A stretch of 64,000 nucleotides of DNA from a virus. A program made the position numbers and the translations under genes. The notes under the pieces are model-generated. The model ran no database searches, was not told the origin of the DNA, and saw only the letters and a program-made list of their open reading frames with translations. The stretch spans positions 64,001-128,000 of IMG/VR virus record IMGVR_UViG_3300045971_000149. One strand, written 5' to 3'. Positions 27,321 through 37,411 of this stretch are shown here, one piece after another (within the stretch, counting starts at the first letter, position 1; each line of letters starts with the position of its first letter).

Positions 27321-28615
27321 AAAATAGCTAATTCCGGAAAAACTTCTCTAAAGTTCGAATTGCGTTGTTGATCAGTAACTGTTAAGTACTCGAGCATAAT
27401 AGGTAACTTACTACTCCAATCTTCTTGATTCATATATTGGATTAACCCTTGCCATCGTGATTTTCCATACGGATTATTTTGAAACTCGATGTCATGTGAA
27501 TAGGTGTCACATAATTTAGTTACCTGCTGCTTAACTGCTTCTTTTAATTCTTTAGGTAATACTCTAACATTTAGATAGTCCGGCAAGTACACTAAATGTG
27601 TTCCTATAAGGCCCGCACCATACGGCGGCAGATTGATCTTTTTAAAATTTTGCTGTTGCTTCCATTTAACTAAATCTGCCACATATAGTACATTTAACAC
27701 CTGCACTGCACACGCAATATTTACAATAATGTTATTTGGGGTATCGTCTAGTCTATGTAAATTGGCAGTAACATCTTTCCACTTGCTAGGATATCTAATA
27801 TAATCATTTTTCTCCCCGACAGCATCAATGCTAAAGTTAAATTTAACTTGCTTAAAGTGTTTCCACAGTTCAAATAACTTCTCCGGGAGTTCTAATCCGT
27901 TCGAGTTATACCGTATTACACAATTCTTAGCAGCACCGATCTCTACCATAAACTCGAGTATTGTATAATGTTCAGGGATTAACAACGGCTCTCCTCCAGC
28001 AAAGTACAACTCTTGAATAAAGTGTGCCTGCTTACGCATACTTTCCAAGAAACTACCTTTCTTATACCAGTTGTAATTAACTTTACTATCCCAGCGTTGA
28101 TCATGCGATAGTTCAAATGTTTTGTATTTTGGATATTGTACCTTCCATTCTTTAATCCACGCGCTGCTATCATGTGGACTACACATAATACATTTAAGCT
28201 GGCATATATTTCCTAACCTTAAGTCAAAATATGGAATGCTAACAGGAAGCTCGCCGTTGGCTTGAGTTTGTGCCACAATACTATTGATATCTACACGATC
28301 CTTCCATACTACAGATTCCCATTGTCGTTTACTAACAATCCCATTTGATTCTTCATTAAAGCATTTTGCACAACTAGCCGGAATCTCGTTATTGAGCATT
28401 TGTAATCTAGTGTTTTTCATAAAAGAGGAATTCCACACCTCCTCTAATGATTGATGCTGTAGATTCATAACAAAATTGTCACTTTTAACTAAACCAATTT
28501 GCTTTTCGTTATCAAGCCCTGCACCGCTTGCGTTCGACGTGCAACACAGTCGTACATCACCGTTAGGGCGAGTTGCTAAATGTATCCAAGGTAACGGGCA
28601 AAAAGTACTAGACAT
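27317..28615 (-). CDS. radical SAM protein with N-terminal twitch-like domain
   Basis: FCPLPW...LCC...CAKCF; CQLKCIMC; AGGEPLL. Confidence 0.9.
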   Translation of the reverse strand: MSSTFCPLPWIHLATRPNGDVRLCCTSNASGAGLDNEKQIGLVKSDNFVMNLQHQSLEEVWNSSFMKNTRLQMLNNEIPASCAKCFNEESNGIVSKRQWESVVWKDRVDINSIVAQTQANGELPVSIPYFDLRLGNICQLKCIMCSPHDSSAWIKEWKVQYPKYKTFELSHDQRWDSKVNYNWYKKGSFLESMRKQAHFIQELYFAGGEPLLIPEHYTILEFMVEIGAAKNCVIRYNSNGLELPEKLFELWKHFKQVKFNFSIDAVGEKNDYIRYPSKWKDVTANLHRLDDTPNNIIVNIACAVQVLNVLYVADLVKWKQQQNFKKINLPPYGAGLIGTHLVYLPDYLNVRVLPKELKEAVKQQVTKLCDTYSHDIEFQNNPYGKSRWQGLIQYMNQEDWSSKLPIMLEYLTVTDQQRNSNFREVFPELAIL

Positions 28616-29663
28616 TAGCTACTTGATCTCCCGGCTTTGCGAAATTCCCGTCGCCGCAACTTCTTGCACAGACAATCAACTTGTTAGTTGTCCAATACTC
28701 AGTCCATATTGTTTGGTAAGCATCTGAATCTATAACATCTTTAATAGATCGATTTATTACATTTGTATCACCTAACTTTGCCATCAACTCAGCATGTTGT
28801 TCTAGCATATCGATTCGAACTTTAAATGCTCCGTCTAAATCAACATGAGTATACGGAACACTAGCTATCCAGCAACATGGATACAAATTTTTGTAAGCAT
28901 CGATATACACTTCTTTATACTGTTGCACCTTGCATGATATAACAGAGTTTTTTACTATTTCTTTATAAGAATCTATTACTTTTTTATCTATGAATTTCAA
29001 CGGGGTATCTGTTGCAGGTTCGATGTAGTGCATCACTTTATTATTTCGATCTACAATTTTTACTGTTGGGTCTAAGATAAATCTAGAACTATTTTTAACT
29101 GTAAACTTTTTGAATCCTGACTTAATTGAAATACTTCGTGCCTCTTCAACCTGGTGTTCGTTATGTTTGAATCTAAGGAACACCCACTCAGCAGTCCCGC
29201 CCGAATTAATAAATGTACGCGCATTTTCTAATACTGTTTCAAATTTAGTTCCTACCCTATATAGGTGGTGGGTATCGGCTAACCCGTCAAGTGCAAACAC
29301 TACATTATGGTTATCCGGTAACGATTTAGCAAGTTGGCGCCACCAAACAGAATTTCGCGCACCGCCATTGGTATGAATAGTAATAGCTACATTAGGAGAA
29401 ATGCTACGTGAGTATTCGCACATCTCGATAAGACTATTGTTCATCATTGGATCACCAAAATTGCTACAAAAATAGTAATTTGTGATTTGCGACAGCACTT
29501 CGGAAGTCATTACAGATTTAAAATCGTCAAGTGACCAATTAGTTATTTTAATAAGCGGATTATCTAGGCCGCCGTCGATGTTCCTGTTACACATAGGACA
29601 GTTGGCTTGGCAGTTGTTTGTTATCTCTAGATGTATTTGTCTTAGTTCTGAAAAATGAAACAT
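28608..29663 (-). CDS. radical SAM/SPASM protein
   Basis: CQANCPMC; FGDPMM; YPCCW...CARSC. Confidence 0.9.
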   Translation of the reverse strand: MFHFSELRQIHLEITNNCQANCPMCNRNIDGGLDNPLIKITNWSLDDFKSVMTSEVLSQITNYYFCSNFGDPMMNNSLIEMCEYSRSISPNVAITIHTNGGARNSVWWRQLAKSLPDNHNVVFALDGLADTHHLYRVGTKFETVLENARTFINSGGTAEWVFLRFKHNEHQVEEARSISIKSGFKKFTVKNSSRFILDPTVKIVDRNNKVMHYIEPATDTPLKFIDKKVIDSYKEIVKNSVISCKVQQYKEVYIDAYKNLYPCCWIASVPYTHVDLDGAFKVRIDMLEQHAELMAKLGDTNVINRSIKDVIDSDAYQTIWTEYWTTNKLIVCARSCGDGNFAKPGDQVANV

Positions 29664-29664
29664 A

Positions 29665-29760
29665 CTATTTGTAAATGAACGGGTCTCGTTTGCGTAGTTC
29701 TTTTAGTCTTTTCTTAAACAAGAAATAATTTTTAATTCTTAGTATTAATCTTTTTATCAT
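29665..29760 (-). CDS. 31-aa cationic peptide
   Basis: MIKRLILRIKNYFLFKKRLKELRKRDPFIYK*; ATGA overlap with upstream gene; stop ends 1 nt before the next ATG. Confidence 0.7.
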   Translation of the reverse strand: MIKRLILRIKNYFLFKKRLKELRKRDPFIYK

Positions 29761-30353
29761 TTTCTTCTTCCTATGATCATGTAACGGGTATACATTGGTA
29801 GATCGAGTTCGCCTGCCCATAAAACTGTGTCAATGTTACACTGTTCTTTAAAGTTATCTAAACTGGTTGCTGTGCGAATATGCTCTGGTATGTTATAGTT
29901 ATTGCTTTGTAGCACTACTACACTAGTATACGGCAATGCCGAACACCACCGATTATAGTCTGCCTGTGTAATATGTTCGCAACTTGTGTTAATTATAATG
30001 TCAGCGTTACTTTTAATGTCACACATATTTGCTGTTACTGCGGTGAATCTACCTTGCATTTCTTCGCCCTTATTCATCATGGTAGCAATAGGTGCACAAG
30101 ACGGATCTATATCGATGCTGCGAATATTTCCTACCGGAGTATGACTTTGAAATAACATGCTAGCAAGTATGCCAACCCACCCTCCGTGGATATCAACAGA
30201 GGCCTGTTGTAATACAAAAGGCCGTAGGTTACTAATTAACCATTCCTTACTGGAAATTTGTCCTTTCCAAAATGCATCTAGTGTACGAATAGGATTATCG
30301 CTTTGCCTAATAGCCTGCATCCAGTAATGGATATGGTCCGAATCAAGTTGCAT
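29757..30353 (-). CDS. class I SAM-dependent methyltransferase
   Basis: DIHGGWVG, SIDID, IINTSCEH. Confidence 0.8.
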   Translation of the reverse strand: MQLDSDHIHYWMQAIRQSDNPIRTLDAFWKGQISSKEWLISNLRPFVLQQASVDIHGGWVGILASMLFQSHTPVGNIRSIDIDPSCAPIATMMNKGEEMQGRFTAVTANMCDIKSNADIIINTSCEHITQADYNRWCSALPYTSVVVLQSNNYNIPEHIRTATSLDNFKEQCNIDTVLWAGELDLPMYTRYMIIGRRK

Positions 30354-31332
30354 TTATTGGTATCACTTTTCTTTTTGGTATTTTACTATCAGCTGAACTA
30401 ACGCATGTGGGAGTGATACATTTTGCAGGAGCATTAAAAATAGTAAACCCGTTATCTAACGTTCCTAACATAGTATCGTGACAACTGTAACCACGTTTCA
30501 CTTCGTTAGACTTAATTATAACACTTTGATGACCACTATTGCAAGTCCAATCTGTAAACTTATTAAACCCGAATGAATTGAATCGTTCAGCTTGGTCAAG
30601 CAAGTATTCTGTATTATGGTTATCATATAACGCTATCTGATATATAGCTGCTCCGTTACTCCGCTGTGGGAATCCGGTTTGCATGAGTTTAATCATATCA
30701 TCAGTGTATCCGCTTACTATGTTAGAAGCAGTTAAGTCGCTTTGCGGTTTAAGTGTAACATTAATACCTTGCCTATTAAAATTAACTAATCGATCATACA
30801 GCTCGTAAAACTTTCCGGGTACCATAACTTGATTTACAGTAACATGTACATTATCGTCTATTAACTGTAACAGTTTGTCACTGAACTGATCTTCTTTTGA
30901 AAACTCGTCGTGATAGCTGGCAGTTATGCTTCTACGTTGTAACATACTTGTAGAATCTGCCCAATTTCTCCACCAATTCTTACTAGGTGATAAGTTAGTA
31001 GTCATATGAATACTTTGATACGGTGTTTGAATACCATCATCAAGGTGCTTCGTTAACTCTAGAAGATGTTTATAAGCAGTAGGTTCACCACCACTAAAAC
31101 TCCAATGAAATTGGTTAAAACCATTAGATCTAGCTTGCGACTTAATTTCGTCTATTGTGTGTTTATATAGTTCTAACGGCTGGTAATCTAGAGTATCTGA
31201 TCTAGCATACGGCCAACAATAACTGCATTTATAATTACAAAATCGACCTAAAATCCAACTCACAGAAAACAATTGAGAATCGAGCATAGTCCGTTGACCA
31301 AAAACTTTTATAGTTTTCCATGGGATGTTCAT
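30343..31332 (-). CDS. radical SAM protein with C-terminal SPASM/twitch domain
   Basis: CNYKCSYC; SGGEPT; CNSG...C...CITPTC. Confidence 0.9.
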   Translation of the reverse strand: MNIPWKTIKVFGQRTMLDSQLFSVSWILGRFCNYKCSYCWPYARSDTLDYQPLELYKHTIDEIKSQARSNGFNQFHWSFSGGEPTAYKHLLELTKHLDDGIQTPYQSIHMTTNLSPSKNWWRNWADSTSMLQRRSITASYHDEFSKEDQFSDKLLQLIDDNVHVTVNQVMVPGKFYELYDRLVNFNRQGINVTLKPQSDLTASNIVSGYTDDMIKLMQTGFPQRSNGAAIYQIALYDNHNTEYLLDQAERFNSFGFNKFTDWTCNSGHQSVIIKSNEVKRGYSCHDTMLGTLDNGFTIFNAPAKCITPTCVSSADSKIPKRKVIPINAT

Positions 31333-31396
31333 AATGTTATTTAATTGTGTACTTTATGCTAATGCAGAATACTGACTACTGACTAAATACTGTACT

Positions 31397-32140
31397 ATGA
31401 TGCCATTTCTACATACCAAATTCCTTACGTACACAGAAGCAAACGTAATTCAGTTTAGCAATACTGTAGCGGTAAAACGCTTACCTACTACTGCTAGATT
31501 AGATGTTACTGCTACTGATGTAACTATGTGGACAAATGAAGTTGATCCTGTAGGGTTTTCTCAAGTTAGTTGCTATAATGCATATCTATTTGAAAATACA
31601 GGAACATATCATTTAATAAGTGTTGATAATACATTTAACATTTACTCGGATTTATATAAAGAAAGCATTAACAGTAATGCATATAAAATGGCAACTCCTG
31701 TATCTTCTGATCAAACAGTAATCGGAGATACAGGAAACAACCCGCTATTTCCAAATACTACTCCGTTATATTACAGTAAGTATTCTATGCCTGATGGGTA
31801 CGGCCCTCCGTTTATGCTAGATTATATGACCGGGGCACTTACAGATGTTGCAGCATTACTGAAACAATTTATTAATGAATGGACAGTGATGTTTCAAGTT
31901 CTAAAACAATACGGCCACCCATTTCCTGTAACAATCGAAGTAGTTGATAGATTGCGAACAGGTAGTAATGAATATACTCATTATAAATTTACTCACCCTT
32001 TTAAGTTAGGAGTAAATGATGGAATTGATGCTGCGATTACAAAGGTAGACAGATTATTGCATGGAATAAATTCCGACCCTACAATAATATTAGATATATC
32101 AACTTATGCGAGACAACAATGGTTACCACTGAAAATTTAA
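31397..32140 (+). CDS. hypothetical protein
   Basis: 247 aa ORF; TAAATA 7 nt upstream. Confidence 0.7.
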   Translation: MMPFLHTKFLTYTEANVIQFSNTVAVKRLPTTARLDVTATDVTMWTNEVDPVGFSQVSCYNAYLFENTGTYHLISVDNTFNIYSDLYKESINSNAYKMATPVSSDQTVIGDTGNNPLFPNTTPLYYSKYSMPDGYGPPFMLDYMTGALTDVAALLKQFINEWTVMFQVLKQYGHPFPVTIEVVDRLRTGSNEYTHYKFTHPFKLGVNDGIDAAITKVDRLLHGINSDPTIILDISTYARQQWLPLKI

Positions 32141-32340
32141 ATTGCATGGTAGTACTCTATTTAAATGATGCAAAAGTTGCTAGGGTCCCTTGTAATTTTT
32201 TGCAACATTTAATGCTTAATGATGTTTTAACTTATTTCGGACATCTTAATATCGAAACACTTAAATTCTACACAGATCTTAGTGTAGAAATGAACGGTGT
32301 GACAATTTTTAAGAAACCGTTAACTCAACTTATCGGTTAA
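32119..32340 (+). CDS. hypothetical protein
   Basis: fills the gap between genes; start uncertain. Confidence 0.5.
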   Translation: MVTTENLNCMVVLYLNDAKVARVPCNFLQHLMLNDVLTYFGHLNIETLKFYTDLSVEMNGVTIFKKPLTQLIG

Positions 32341-32998
32341 AGTAATTTTTCAACCAATCAAAATCGTTGATCAATTTAATTGCTTCAGTATTACCCGAGT
32401 TAAGTGTACCGTATTTTCTCCCTAATACTGCGCCATCTATAGAATATTCGCTGTAGTCGCCGTTAGCAATAGTACACCATGTATCGAGGCGCTGTTCGGT
32501 TTCGGTATTAACTTGCCTGTCTATACTTTTACTGCTAAGTTTAACGCATTCTCTAAATGCTGACTTCCAAGTATTAAATGGGTCAGTATTAAATCGAGTT
32601 ATACTTGCAACCTGATCAATTGCCATGAAGTGCTTACTGATCGAAGTTGTCATATCGATGCTATTAACATCCAATGCTGCTGTAGCAATACGGGGCAACA
32701 GTTTAACTCCACCGTTACCGTATGCTAATCCGTTAAGAGGATTAACTGCTCTATATACACAAACGATATCTTCTAGATCTAATTCAGGAGTTTGAAAATT
32801 AAAGTCCTCTGCTATTTCAGAGTCACCATCTACTACCCAAAATCTAGTTGTAAAGCAGTTGTTAGCCGCATTGATATGAGCATTATGTATTCCTTTGACT
32901 CCGTGTATTCTACGAGCAAACGGAAACCGATTCTTTAATCTTTCCCAATTAGCATCGGCATTAGATTCGTTATACGATATAAATGCAATATCAAACAT
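32330..32998 (-). CDS. GT-A fold glycosyltransferase-like protein
   Basis: FISYNE..A..NW, WVVDGD (DxD), YGNGGVKL. Confidence 0.7.
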   Translation of the reverse strand: MFDIAFISYNESNADANWERLKNRFPFARRIHGVKGIHNAHINAANNCFTTRFWVVDGDSEIAEDFNFQTPELDLEDIVCVYRAVNPLNGLAYGNGGVKLLPRIATAALDVNSIDMTTSISKHFMAIDQVASITRFNTDPFNTWKSAFRECVKLSSKSIDRQVNTETEQRLDTWCTIANGDYSEYSIDGAVLGRKYGTLNSGNTEAIKLINDFDWLKNYFNR

Positions 32999-33890
32999 GT
33001 TTACTCATTACCCACAAAATTTGTTCTTTGGTTTGATTATATTGATCTGCAAAGGTGTCGACAATAAACTCGCTAGTTACTGGATCAAGCAACACTGTTT
33101 TTATACCTAACTCTTGCTCGATTAGATTACCGTATTCTGTTATAGCAGACGTAACATCGAGAGAAGAAACTTCTTTCCAAACATCTTTCAGTTTGTCAAA
33201 GTCTCGTACATCAAGGTGATTCCACTCAGTGCAGTTTGTTTTATAACAGCCGTGCCTTGCTCCGAGGATTGCCCATAGTCCATTGTCAACATGAGATCCA
33301 ATATTCATCCAGGCCTTTAGTCTATGCAGGTTATGCCAGTGTAGTTTTTTAATGTCCTTTTCTTTAGGAAGCAGGCCGTTAACTAAACTCATCTTAACAC
33401 CTTCTCTAAATCCCGCACGCCATGCTTGATAAGGACTTGCATTAGGATAGGTAACTGAGAAGCTATCCATCATCGGAATGTATCCTGCTTCCCAACAAAA
33501 GTCTACAGCATTTTTATCTACTGCTGCTGCTTCGTGAGTTCGCATGTTTAATACAAAGTCCTTGCGCCATAACTTTAAACTGCCGTTACCGTACCGTAAG
33601 CCGTTAAGCACATTAAGTCCTGGCCAGCTACATGCATCGGTAGAATCTGGAAGTTCTACCACTTGGTCGAAGAATCTTGTATCTACAATGTTATCTGCAT
33701 CGACTGTAATAAACCAATCAGTTTCGCTAAGATTAGCGGCTGCTTTATGGCATTCGTCACTGCCTTTAACGCCATGCACTCGTTTAGCCCACATACATTT
33801 ATCAACAAGGTCTGCCCAATTCTGTTCTGCGTTGGGCTCGTCATAGCTCATAAAAATGCAATCAAGTTCTGTGATGTTTAATTTTATCAT
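32991..33890 (-). CDS. GT-A fold glycosyltransferase-like protein (paralog of previous)
   Basis: FMSYDEPNA, ITVDAD, YGNGSLKL, WRAGFREGVK. Confidence 0.7.
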   Translation of the reverse strand: MIKLNITELDCIFMSYDEPNAEQNWADLVDKCMWAKRVHGVKGSDECHKAAANLSETDWFITVDADNIVDTRFFDQVVELPDSTDACSWPGLNVLNGLRYGNGSLKLWRKDFVLNMRTHEAAAVDKNAVDFCWEAGYIPMMDSFSVTYPNASPYQAWRAGFREGVKMSLVNGLLPKEKDIKKLHWHNLHRLKAWMNIGSHVDNGLWAILGARHGCYKTNCTEWNHLDVRDFDKLKDVWKEVSSLDVTSAITEYGNLIEQELGIKTVLLDPVTSEFIVDTFADQYNQTKEQILWVMSKHV

Positions 33891-34435
33891 AATTTTGATC
33901 CCCACACACTAATCTTCTCAAGTGTGTCTAATTCTAATTCTAGTGTTTTATCTATGCTCAATTGGTAGATATCGATTTTGTATTTTTTCAATAGCGCAGT
34001 TGGGTCGTTGTACTTAGTAACATAAATTATACTATCGCCGTACCCTGCAGATATAGTTGTCTTGAAGTAATATTTAGACTGGGTAGACAATCTAGATGAA
34101 TCAAATAATAATGTTAACTTATCGGAATGTTCAAACTCGATGTTAAGTTGATCAATGAATACTGTTCTATAATTTAAATCTCTAACTACATTGTTTGCTC
34201 TAGCGGATTTATTAATAGTTGTAGATAATTTAGGGATAGGCTCAGCGTATCCAGTATTTGTTATACTAACAAAATACTCATGTAGCCGAAGAGGCCCTGA
34301 AATAAATTCAAGTGCAGTAGATTCCTGAATACGTGCTTCGCATTTTTTGTGTGGAATATCGTTATGAGGTGATCCGCCTATACTGTATATTTCAAAAGTA
34401 TCAACATCATATAGTAGATAGAAATCAGTGTCCAT
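33887..34435 (-). CDS. hypothetical protein
   Basis: 182 aa, translationally coupled. Confidence 0.7.
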   Translation of the reverse strand: MDTDFYLLYDVDTFEIYSIGGSPHNDIPHKKCEARIQESTALEFISGPLRLHEYFVSITNTGYAEPIPKLSTTINKSARANNVVRDLNYRTVFIDQLNIEFEHSDKLTLLFDSSRLSTQSKYYFKTTISAGYGDSIIYVTKYNDPTALLKKYKIDIYQLSIDKTLELELDTLEKISVWGSKL

Positions 34436-35246
34436 ATAAAGCCTCTAATGTTTTTATAGTAGACTCGTGTATAATATCTTTGTTTACATAATGAAGCAGC
34501 TCGTGTTGTTTCCATACTCCGAGGCTAACTTGTCCTGTGATGTCCATAGAAAATCTAAGTCTATCGGTCCAATCAATAACGTGGTCACTCCACCCTTGTA
34601 CCATGCCCTTCATATGTGTGATGCTAGGTGTGTCATGCGATACTGCTAAGTCAACGATATCTAACATACTTACTGCTAATGCAAATGCTTCATCGGTAGG
34701 AATCGAGGTCATATGCTCTGCCGAAATTAAATCTTTCAAAAAATATTGCGGATTGTTAGTGACTAATTTTACAGTATCAAAGAACTCTTTAGAAATTGCA
34801 GCATCTTTTTTAAAGTAAGTCCATGCATTATAAACATCAGGTAACTTATTATCTTCGAATACTTTGCGATAATAACCAAACTTGATCTTCTTGCCTTCAA
34901 ATGTTTTGGCCGATGATGCGACTGCTATATCTCGGTCTTTTACCATATCCCAATAATGCGACATATCTTTTAAAAATAGCATATCCGAATCGAGTAATAC
35001 AGTTTCATCGTACACTGCATAATCAAGAGCACGTGATCTAGCATCCATACCTAAGGGCCCGTTGTACGTGATTACGTTATCAAATATCGGGTATAACTCT
35101 ATTACTTTAGCAGGGTTGTTTGTAACTATTGCTACTTTATTATACTCATCCGGTTGTGTTATTTTTATAGATAACGCACACGCATATGCTAATCTAGTGT
35201 AGTCAATAGAATCAGTGTCTAATGCAAATAACAAATATCCTCTCAT
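34425..35246 (-). CDS. GT8-like glycosyltransferase
   Basis: YTRLAYACALSIK, YDETVLLDSDML, THMK. Confidence 0.7.
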   Translation of the reverse strand: MRGYLLFALDTDSIDYTRLAYACALSIKITQPDEYNKVAIVTNNPAKVIELYPIFDNVITYNGPLGMDARSRALDYAVYDETVLLDSDMLFLKDMSHYWDMVKDRDIAVASSAKTFEGKKIKFGYYRKVFEDNKLPDVYNAWTYFKKDAAISKEFFDTVKLVTNNPQYFLKDLISAEHMTSIPTDEAFALAVSMLDIVDLAVSHDTPSITHMKGMVQGWSDHVIDWTDRLRFSMDITGQVSLGVWKQHELLHYVNKDIIHESTIKTLEALYGH

Positions 35247-36079
35247 TTGCTTAGTTCCAATAGTTTATCTAAATTTGCCAATAAACTTCGTTTATTCATA
35301 ATATGAACATCCTGACCTTGACATTTTGTTAAAGCATAATCATCACCGCTTAATCTCTTTAATAAGAACACAAGTGATCCGTCGTTGTCTACTTTTAGTA
35401 TTTCGTCAGTATCTCTATAAAACAAAGGCACTGGTAGTTCGCCGTGCCACATATCTTCGGGAAAACCGTTCATTGTAAAACATGCAATGCTGAATGCAAA
35501 GTCGTTTCTAAACTGGCGACTATCAAATTCGTACAATTGAGAAAAGTAAGAATATTCTTCTTTGATGTAATTAACTAAGTTAAACAGTATCTCAACTTCG
35601 GGAGTTTTGCTAAACATAATGTTAGTGGCCCATAGTTGGCGAATTGAATTGGGACTTATTCTATAATCAGTGTAGCTGTGTGTTTCCTGTTGTAATTCCA
35701 TCATCCCCGGAGTGATTAGAAAATCATGAGGGTCGTCCCAAAACTTACCAAGGGTATCACTAAACACAAGAAAGTCGCTGTCGATTACTAATGTCCTATC
35801 ATATGGGGTAATTGAATATGCTAGCGATCGAGAACCATTAAAGAACGGCAACTTCTCCCCGGCTAATACTCTTTGATTAGTGCTATCATTAGTAATCTCT
35901 ATAAGTTGATCAAACGGCAATACTTTAAACTTTGATTTAACATTATTAATAGTAGTGATGTCGGCAACTAACGATACAGGTACATTTAAATGTTTAACAA
36001 CAAGAGAAGCAGCTAATACAGCTTGTGATCCGTAGTCCATTATCCCGTCGTGGGCAAAAATTAAACATCCACAATTCAT
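35243..36079 (-). CDS. GT8-like glycosyltransferase
   Basis: TPYDRTLVIDSDFL, FRNDFAFSIA, HIMNK. Confidence 0.7.
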   Translation of the reverse strand: MNCGCLIFAHDGIMDYGSQAVLAASLVVKHLNVPVSLVADITTINNVKSKFKVLPFDQLIEITNDSTNQRVLAGEKLPFFNGSRSLAYSITPYDRTLVIDSDFLVFSDTLGKFWDDPHDFLITPGMMELQQETHSYTDYRISPNSIRQLWATNIMFSKTPEVEILFNLVNYIKEEYSYFSQLYEFDSRQFRNDFAFSIACFTMNGFPEDMWHGELPVPLFYRDTDEILKVDNDGSLVFLLKRLSGDDYALTKCQGQDVHIMNKRSLLANLDKLLELSK

Positions 36080-36426
36080 AAATTAACAATTGCTTTGATT
36101 GTTCGTTTCTTTTTTAAGGCATCAATATCCAATGTGTATTGGTTGATTACAGTAAAATATGTATTTGTAATCTGTTCTCTAAATTTAACAAGATCATCAA
36201 CTCGAATTGGATTTTGAGTATCATCAAGCAAGATTACTGAGTTGGTACCTTCGACTGGTGTTATTAAATTTAAGAAAACAATTAAATTTCTATCGATGTA
36301 AAATCTCCCACCATTGTATCCAATAGTGAGATCTGATTTAAGTTTTTCTTGTAACCGTAATTTTTCTAAATATAGAGTTCGTCTAAACTTAGAGATTTCG
36401 AGAGCTTTTTCTAAACGAGTATCCAC
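36076..36426 (-). CDS. hypothetical protein
   Basis: 116 aa, AGGA RBS. Confidence 0.75.
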   Translation of the reverse strand: MDTRLEKALEISKFRRTLYLEKLRLQEKLKSDLTIGYNGGRFYIDRNLIVFLNLITPVEGTNSVILLDDTQNPIRVDDLVKFREQITNTYFTVINQYTLDIDALKKKRTIKAIVNL

Positions 36427-36473
36427 AATATTTTTCCTATTGTGTTAATTATACACGAACTTAATATGAAAGA

Positions 36474-37334
36474 TCAAGTAAATGCGGTATTTACAATGTT
36501 AGAAGTTGGAAGTAATCCAGTAAATGCGCCTGTTGCAGCCAATCGGTACACATTCATTTGAACACCGGGACTAACATTATCTGGGCCACCGCTGATGCCG
36601 ACGTGCCCATCTTGTAACACTAGCATAAATCTGCATCCTTGATCACTAGTAATCTGTAATGAAAGAGTCAAATTATTTGAAGTATATGCACCACCACCTG
36701 TATTTGAATACAGTGTTAACAAATTGGATGGGGATTTGTTGCCTCTAGCATTCCAAGCATTAGTAAAATCAGCATAGGTAACTGTATAATTTACCGCGGC
36801 TAACTCAGTATGCCATGCAACGTCTTGAGCAGTATTTTGATTAGGCCCTGCTCCAACTATCTTAAATGTGCCACCTTGGTTAAAGTAAGTGTATAAGTTA
36901 CTAGTGGTACCAAAATCATTAGTAGTTTGACCAATATTGGTTCCTGCCCAATTTCCGGTACCAGTAATCTGTTCAACCAATGTTTGAGTTCGCTGATTAG
37001 CTGCTATGTTAAGGCGATTAGTTAGTAGAGAATTAGCAATTCCATCTAATAACACTAAATTAGTATACGAAATAGTGCCGCTAACTGTGAATAATGAAGG
37101 CCAATTAACTCCGTTTTGATGAAGGTAACATGTGTTAACATCATTTACCAGGTGTTGCCATTGTAACGCAGTAATAACATTAGTTGGGTTAACTAGTGAT
37201 GATGTTAAAATTTGTTCATAGCCGTAGCCTGCTGCGTATCCGCCGTATCCGCTACCGAACCCCAGTACTCCGTCGACCTTAACTTGAACAGCATTATAGT
37301 CTGCTCCGTAAATAATTTGTCCAATGCCTGCCAT
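36474..37334 (-). CDS. probable virion structural protein
   Basis: Gly/Thr/Asn-rich, GYGYEQ...ITALQW, YFNQGG; GGAG RBS; TAAATA upstream. Confidence 0.6.
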   Translation of the reverse strand: MAGIGQIIYGADYNAVQVKVDGVLGFGSGYGGYAAGYGYEQILTSSLVNPTNVITALQWQHLVNDVNTCYLHQNGVNWPSLFTVSGTISYTNLVLLDGIANSLLTNRLNIAANQRTQTLVEQITGTGNWAGTNIGQTTNDFGTTSNLYTYFNQGGTFKIVGAGPNQNTAQDVAWHTELAAVNYTVTYADFTNAWNARGNKSPSNLLTLYSNTGGGAYTSNNLTLSLQITSDQGCRFMLVLQDGHVGISGGPDNVSPGVQMNVYRLAATGAFTGLLPTSNIVNTAFT

Positions 37335-37411
37335 GTTTCAAACTCCATTGATTAATTTTGATACTGTATTTATATGACTATAAATACCTGTATAAAAATA
37401 AAGGATTCGAG

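Noticed and set aside
8676-36079. Island as a bacterial chromosomal or contaminating biosynthetic cluster
   Set aside because: It uses the same TAAATA promoters as the flanking virion genes, has no transporters, regulators or mobility genes, and is continuous with phage genes on both sides.
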